From Chthonomonadales bacterium (GTDB taxonomy: Bacteria; Armatimonadota; Chthonomonadetes; Chthonomonadales; CAJBBX01), in contig JBMFSQ010000001.1 in NCBI GenBank assembly GCA_049967475.1, positions 86,600-150,599 on the forward strand: a DNA stretch of 64,000 nucleotides, read 5' to 3'. Made by a program: the position numbers and the translations under genes. The notes below the pieces were generated by a model. The model had not been told where the DNA came from. It made no database searches and saw only the letters and a list, made by a program, of their open reading frames with translations. Below, piece by piece: positions 60,030 to 64,000 of the stretch (the first letter of the stretch is position 1; each line of letters begins with the position of its first letter).

Positions 60030-61106
60030 TTAGGATGAGGCATTCGCCATCTCTCGCCAGGCAAGTTCTGCCGCTCCCATCACGCCTGCATCCTCGCCGA
60101 GTTCGGCTTCCACGAGGCGACAGGTGCGGGCGAGGGAGGCGATGGCGTGGGCGCGCATGGACCGCTCCGCCGCCGCCAAGAGGCCGGTTGCCTTGCGGAT
60201 ACCGCCGCCGAGGACTACTACTTCGGGGTTGAACGCGTTGACGGCATTGGCGATGCCGATGCCCAAATAGTAGCCGGTTTCTTCAAACACAGCTAGGGCG
60301 GCAGCATCTCCTTGCTGCGCCGCTTCATCAATGAGTTTTGGAGTGAGCTGCGTCTTCTCGGGCGGGCACAGGGTGGCAAGAAGAGTGGGCTTGCCGCTTT
60401 CTATAGCCCGAAGCGCCCGCTCCACGATGGCATCGCGGCCGCAATACGCCTCCAGGTGACCGAAGTCACCACACCCGCACTGGGCTCCCCCGGCCACAAT
60501 CACCTGGTGACCGAATTCCACGGCGCCGCCGGTGTGTCCTGTGATGAGGCGGCCGTGGGACACGACGCCGCTGCCGATGCCGGTTCCCAAGGTAAGCATC
60601 ACCAGATCCATGACCCCGCGCCCCGCGCCGTACCGGAATTCCCCGAGGGCGGCGACGTTTGCATCGTTACCGGCATAGCAGGCGACGCCCAACTCGCCCG
60701 ACAAAGGTCCCGTGAAGGGCACATCCAGAAAGATCTGGAAGGCGCCATCCACCGTCTCGCCGAAATTGGGCGACCAGATGATGATGCCGGTTCGGGTGTC
60801 TATGTGGCCCGGGACAGCCATGCCGATGGCGCCGATGTCTTGCATCGTGACACCCGCGGCTGCAGCAGCCTGACGCACAGTCGTTGCCACCTGCTCGATG
60901 ACCTTGGCAGCGCCTTCACGGGCTCTGGAGGGGTTTCTGGCCTGCCCGGCGATCTTGTCGTCTTTGCCCACTACGGCGGCGCGCACATTGGTACCGCCGA
61001 GGTCTACGCCAACCACGAACGGCGCATTCGAGTTGGGCCGGATGGTCATCGTCTGTTCTTCAACGTTCAGCCCTGAGCGGGCCGATCCCCGTGTGTCTGT
61101 TGCCAT
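60030..61106 (-). CDS. ROK-family sugar kinase (glucokinase-like)
   Basis: GVDLGGTN, NDANVAALGE, LTLGTGIGSG, EFGH, CGCGDFGHLE; start may be 61049. Confidence 0.92.
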   Translation of the reverse strand: MATDTRGSARSGLNVEEQTMTIRPNSNAPFVVGVDLGGTNVRAAVVGKDDKIAGQARNPSRAREGAAKVIEQVATTVRQAAAAAGVTMQDIGAIGMAVPGHIDTRTGIIIWSPNFGETVDGAFQIFLDVPFTGPLSGELGVACYAGNDANVAALGEFRYGAGRGVMDLVMLTLGTGIGSGVVSHGRLITGHTGGAVEFGHQVIVAGGAQCGCGDFGHLEAYCGRDAIVERALRAIESGKPTLLATLCPPEKTQLTPKLIDEAAQQGDAAALAVFEETGYYLGIGIANAVNAFNPEVVVLGGGIRKATGLLAAAERSMRAHAIASLARTCRLVEAELGEDAGVMGAAELAWREMANASS

Positions 61107-61117
61107 GGTTCATCCTG

Positions 61118-61966
61118 TTACGCGTATTTTTGGAGGTTGGCGGCAACCGACGCCTTGAAGCGATCTACGAAGGCCATTACATAATCGTGGATGCTGAGGT
61201 CCGGCTCGTGGATGAGGGGTGTAAGATCCATGCCGAAGTTGATCATCTGGGCTGCATCTACGGAGTGGCTCTCATGGTAGGTGGCGTTGGCGCGCCGCCG
61301 GCCCAGAGTAGCAAGATCGTACCGCTTGCCGCCGGTGATTTGGGAGTCGAAGAGCGCCACGAGGGCTGCAGCGATATTCTCGTGCTCGTCCAAGCGCAAC
61401 ACGACCTTGTCCCCATCTTCCATCCAGTCGAGGCTCCGCCACACTTCGCATCCCACCACGCGCGCGGGTTTGAGTTCCTGCGGAAGGGTACGCAAAGCCT
61501 GTATGCTCCTGAGAACCGTAGCAACATGCGTGGGATGCTTGTCGGCAGGATTATGCAGGTAGACAGTATGGGGATGGGCGGCCTGCAGGATATCGCACAA
61601 ATCGCGTACGGGGCCCGGGGACTTAGGATCCTTGACCTCGCTGCTGGGATAGTCGAGGAACACCACTGCGGAGTATTCGCCCACCACCGCGGCCTTTTTC
61701 TGTTCGAAGCGCCGGACGGCCTTCATTTGCTCATCGGAGAAGTGCGCATAGATGCCGTCGCGGGCACTGCCTGCTCCGTCCGTGACGACCACTCCTGTGA
61801 ACCACCGATCTTGCCGGCCGAAGCAGGCGAGGATGCCTTCTGCGGCCATGATCTCGAGATCATCGGGATGGGATGCGATGGCGAGGTGCGTTGTGCGAGC
61901 CAGAGCCTCTTCAGGCGGTGCGGCGTCGGGTGTATAGATCTCGGAATCCGGCTTCGTCCAGTGCAT
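61118..61966 (-). CDS. PIG-L/LmbE-family N-acetylglucosamine deacetylase
   Basis: SHPDDLE, TDG, RRFEQ, DKHPTH. Confidence 0.88.
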   Translation of the reverse strand: MHWTKPDSEIYTPDAAPPEEALARTTHLAIASHPDDLEIMAAEGILACFGRQDRWFTGVVVTDGAGSARDGIYAHFSDEQMKAVRRFEQKKAAVVGEYSAVVFLDYPSSEVKDPKSPGPVRDLCDILQAAHPHTVYLHNPADKHPTHVATVLRSIQALRTLPQELKPARVVGCEVWRSLDWMEDGDKVVLRLDEHENIAAALVALFDSQITGGKRYDLATLGRRRANATYHESHSVDAAQMINFGMDLTPLIHEPDLSIHDYVMAFVDRFKASVAANLQKYA

Positions 61967-61975
61967 GGCGATATT

Positions 61976-62509
61976 TTACCTTTCTGCGGGTGCCTGAAGG
62001 TAGGAAGGCGGGACCGGAGCGCTGTCGGTAATCTCCTCGATCACGCGCCACTTATCGGCTTGGCGGTGCAACAACAGCGTGGCCAGATTGTCTCCTTCGT
62101 TATCCTTCGTGCCCTTGCGCAGCAGGAATGTGCACGCTGCCGTATTGGCGCCAATGAACTGGATCGAGGCCTCGTCGAACACAGCGATCATATTGGCTGT
62201 GACGCGCTTGCGATCGTCGTCCGAGAGAGGATGCTCCTTCATGCGTTGGGCGATGGAGGCAAGGAGGGCCCGCGTGCCCTTGTCGTCGCGGAGGGTGAAG
62301 GCCCCGTCCCGCACAATGTAAAGCGGCATTCGGGACACGGCGAGGCACGTGTCCGCATCTCCGAAGATGGTGCCGGCATAATAGCGGAACGCAGCGGCCC
62401 GCACCTGATCCTCGGCGCTCTTCTGCTTTTGCCGCGCCCATGCCAGCGTGCCGCCTAGGAGGATGCATCCTGCCGGCACAGCGATGCGTAAGAGGCGCGT
62501 GCGTGTCAT
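61976..62509 (-). CDS. Hypothetical exported protein
   Basis: Signal-peptide-like N-terminus from ATG 62509, overlapping the upstream stop (ATGA). Confidence 0.6.
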   Translation of the reverse strand: MTRTRLLRIAVPAGCILLGGTLAWARQKQKSAEDQVRAAAFRYYAGTIFGDADTCLAVSRMPLYIVRDGAFTLRDDKGTRALLASIAQRMKEHPLSDDDRKRVTANMIAVFDEASIQFIGANTAACTFLLRKGTKDNEGDNLATLLLHRQADKWRVIEEITDSAPVPPSYLQAPAER

Positions 62510-64000
62510 CGGGCGGCACCAATCTGCCAAAGCTGGTCGAAGGTGAGGGAAGTATGGGGCGCCAGCGTCACGGGTTTGGCGTACAGCTCCAGATTAACGC
62601 GATGATCCGACGGAGAGGCATCGAGCAGAGCAGTTCCTGTTTGCGCTGGATCGAAGTGCTCGGTGATCGCCAAGCCGGCCGCGTTGAGGGTCCAAGAACC
62701 GTCGGGCAGGTCAGGTCCGCGGAGGAAGACTTCAGAAGGCTTTTCGCCGATGGAGATATCCACAATCTTACCGCTGCGGTTTCGGAAGGCCACTACAGCC
62801 TTGGATCCCGAGGGTATGGCGAATTCCGGATGGGCGCGCAGCGTCACGCTCACCGGCGCACTGCCTTCATTGACCGCTGTGGTGGTTATCCGGAGTGCGG
62901 ATCCCTCCAGGCTGTAGGTTCGGGTGAGGCGCACGCCGTTGGAAAGGTGCGCCGACACCGTAATAGATCCGGGTTTCTCCTGGCTGGTGTACACTTCGTT
63001 CCAGCCGGGAGTTCGGTAATCGCCGGCAGTGTATTCTTCATATCCGCCGACATTGGGATAGCCGTCCCGGTTCGGGTCGGCCTCGTTCATCAAATTGACC
63101 TGGGCCTGTTTTGCAATGAGGCGCACGATGCGGCCTCCCAACGCCGGCACCACGTCCAGCCTGAGGGCCTCATTCTCCAGCGTCTGAACCGGATAGGATG
63201 CGCCCGTATTGCGGATGCGTTCAAGGAACTGCTCCACGGGTTCGCCTTCTCTCACTTGGCCGATGTGGTATCGCTGGATCTTCTCGATGACCTTCCGGGC
63301 TAGATCGCCCCTAGTCCCGCCTCCAGTGGGTTTGTACTGGTTCCCGGACACTTCGTATTTCGGCGCGGCGCGCATCAGCTCCACATATTGCAGGGCGAGG
63401 CGGGCGCGCTCGACCTCCGCATGGGACGCGGCATCCCCGGCGGTAGCCTTTTCGGCGGCATCGAACAGCCGATCGCCCTCGGCGAGGACTGCCGGGCTCA
63501 GGTACTGAGCGGTTGGCGGATCATAGATGTGCGCGTGGATGTTATGCCGACGTGGGCCTTCGTGCAGGACATCGAGCCATTTTCGGATGTAGGGGGCGGC
63601 TTTACCATAGACACCGTTGATGTACTCATCAATGATGGGCTTTGCCGGGCGGTTCACATCCCACATGAGCTTGGCCATGAGGTATGCCTTGAGTTCAGAC
63701 ATTTCGCCCCCGCCGCCCGGAGCGTAATCGCCCTCGTAAAAGAGGCCCACGACGCCGTGGCGGTGGAACAGGGGAATATCTCGGGCGATCTCGTCCAGAT
63801 CTGGAAGAGGTTGCAGGTAATTCGCAAAGTTCGTGCTGTAGTGCCATACATAGAGCTGATTGGTGATCTTAGACCACGCCAGAAGGTTGTGATAAGGATG
63901 CGTGTTGGCGCTGCACTGATCCAGTCCGTGGCTCACGCATGCCCCGATGGGTGCGAGGCGGATGCGCACATTCGGGCGCGGTTTGGTGATTTTGGGGGGA
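62506..64000 (-). CDS. DUF4838-like carbohydrate-active protein with C-terminal mutarotase-like domain (5' truncated)
   Basis: LYVWHYSTNF..YLQPLP, GLFYEG, YLMAKLMWD, YGKAAP; C-terminal LENEALRLDVVPALGGRI. Frame is open to the window edge. Confidence 0.7.
   Translation of the reverse strand, partial: PPKITKPRPNVRIRLAPIGACVSHGLDQCSANTHPYHNLLAWSKITNQLYVWHYSTNFANYLQPLPDLDEIARDIPLFHRHGVVGLFYEGDYAPGGGGEMSELKAYLMAKLMWDVNRPAKPIIDEYINGVYGKAAPYIRKWLDVLHEGPRRHNIHAHIYDPPTAQYLSPAVLAEGDRLFDAAEKATAGDAASHAEVERARLALQYVELMRAAPKYEVSGNQYKPTGGGTRGDLARKVIEKIQRYHIGQVREGEPVEQFLERIRNTGASYPVQTLENEALRLDVVPALGGRIVRLIAKQAQVNLMNEADPNRDGYPNVGGYEEYTAGDYRTPGWNEVYTSQEKPGSITVSAHLSNGVRLTRTYSLEGSALRITTTAVNEGSAPVSVTLRAHPEFAIPSGSKAVVAFRNRSGKIVDISIGEKPSEVFLRGPDLPDGSWTLNAAGLAITEHFDPAQTGTALLDASPSDHRVNLELYAKPVTLAPHTSLTFDQLWQIGAAR

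Noticed and set aside
57529..62458. Long plus-strand ORFs 57529-58791, 57695-58549 and 61091-62458
   Set aside because: Antisense to well-supported minus-strand genes; no motifs.

Overview
High-GC bacterial chromosomal segment. TolC/RND genes, hopanoid genes and a CIRCE-controlled groESL suggest a diderm Terrabacteria lineage, possibly Armatimonadota (inference only). The first ~3.2 kb looks like the distal end of an integron cassette array. It holds a DUF2283-like gene, a type III Res-like SF2 helicase and, in the same frame after a single TAA, a stand-alone TnsA-like PD-(D/E)XK nuclease. These are closed by a well-formed attC site (2633-2698), then a gene remnant and a decayed second attC. 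This helicase + nuclease cassette is the best candidate for an undescribed anti-phage system. The rest is mostly core or metabolic: a flavin-dependent halogenase, an HDOD protein, groESL, cydAB, lpdA with a structured leader, a two-subunit NAD synthetase, a radical SAM/SPASM + NTP-transferase pair, rhomboid-DUF58-VWA genes, and a Tat oxidoreductase with ApbE. A hopanoid cluster (shc-hpnH-hpnA-ispH-hpnG ... hpnJ-hpnK) is interrupted by a TolC-MFP-RND pump. Carbohydrate-use genes (GH172-like, GH51, sugar ABC parts, ROK, PIG-L) fill much of the right end. I saw no rRNA, tRNA, CRISPR array, transposase or integrase. All family calls come from motif recognition, not database searches.
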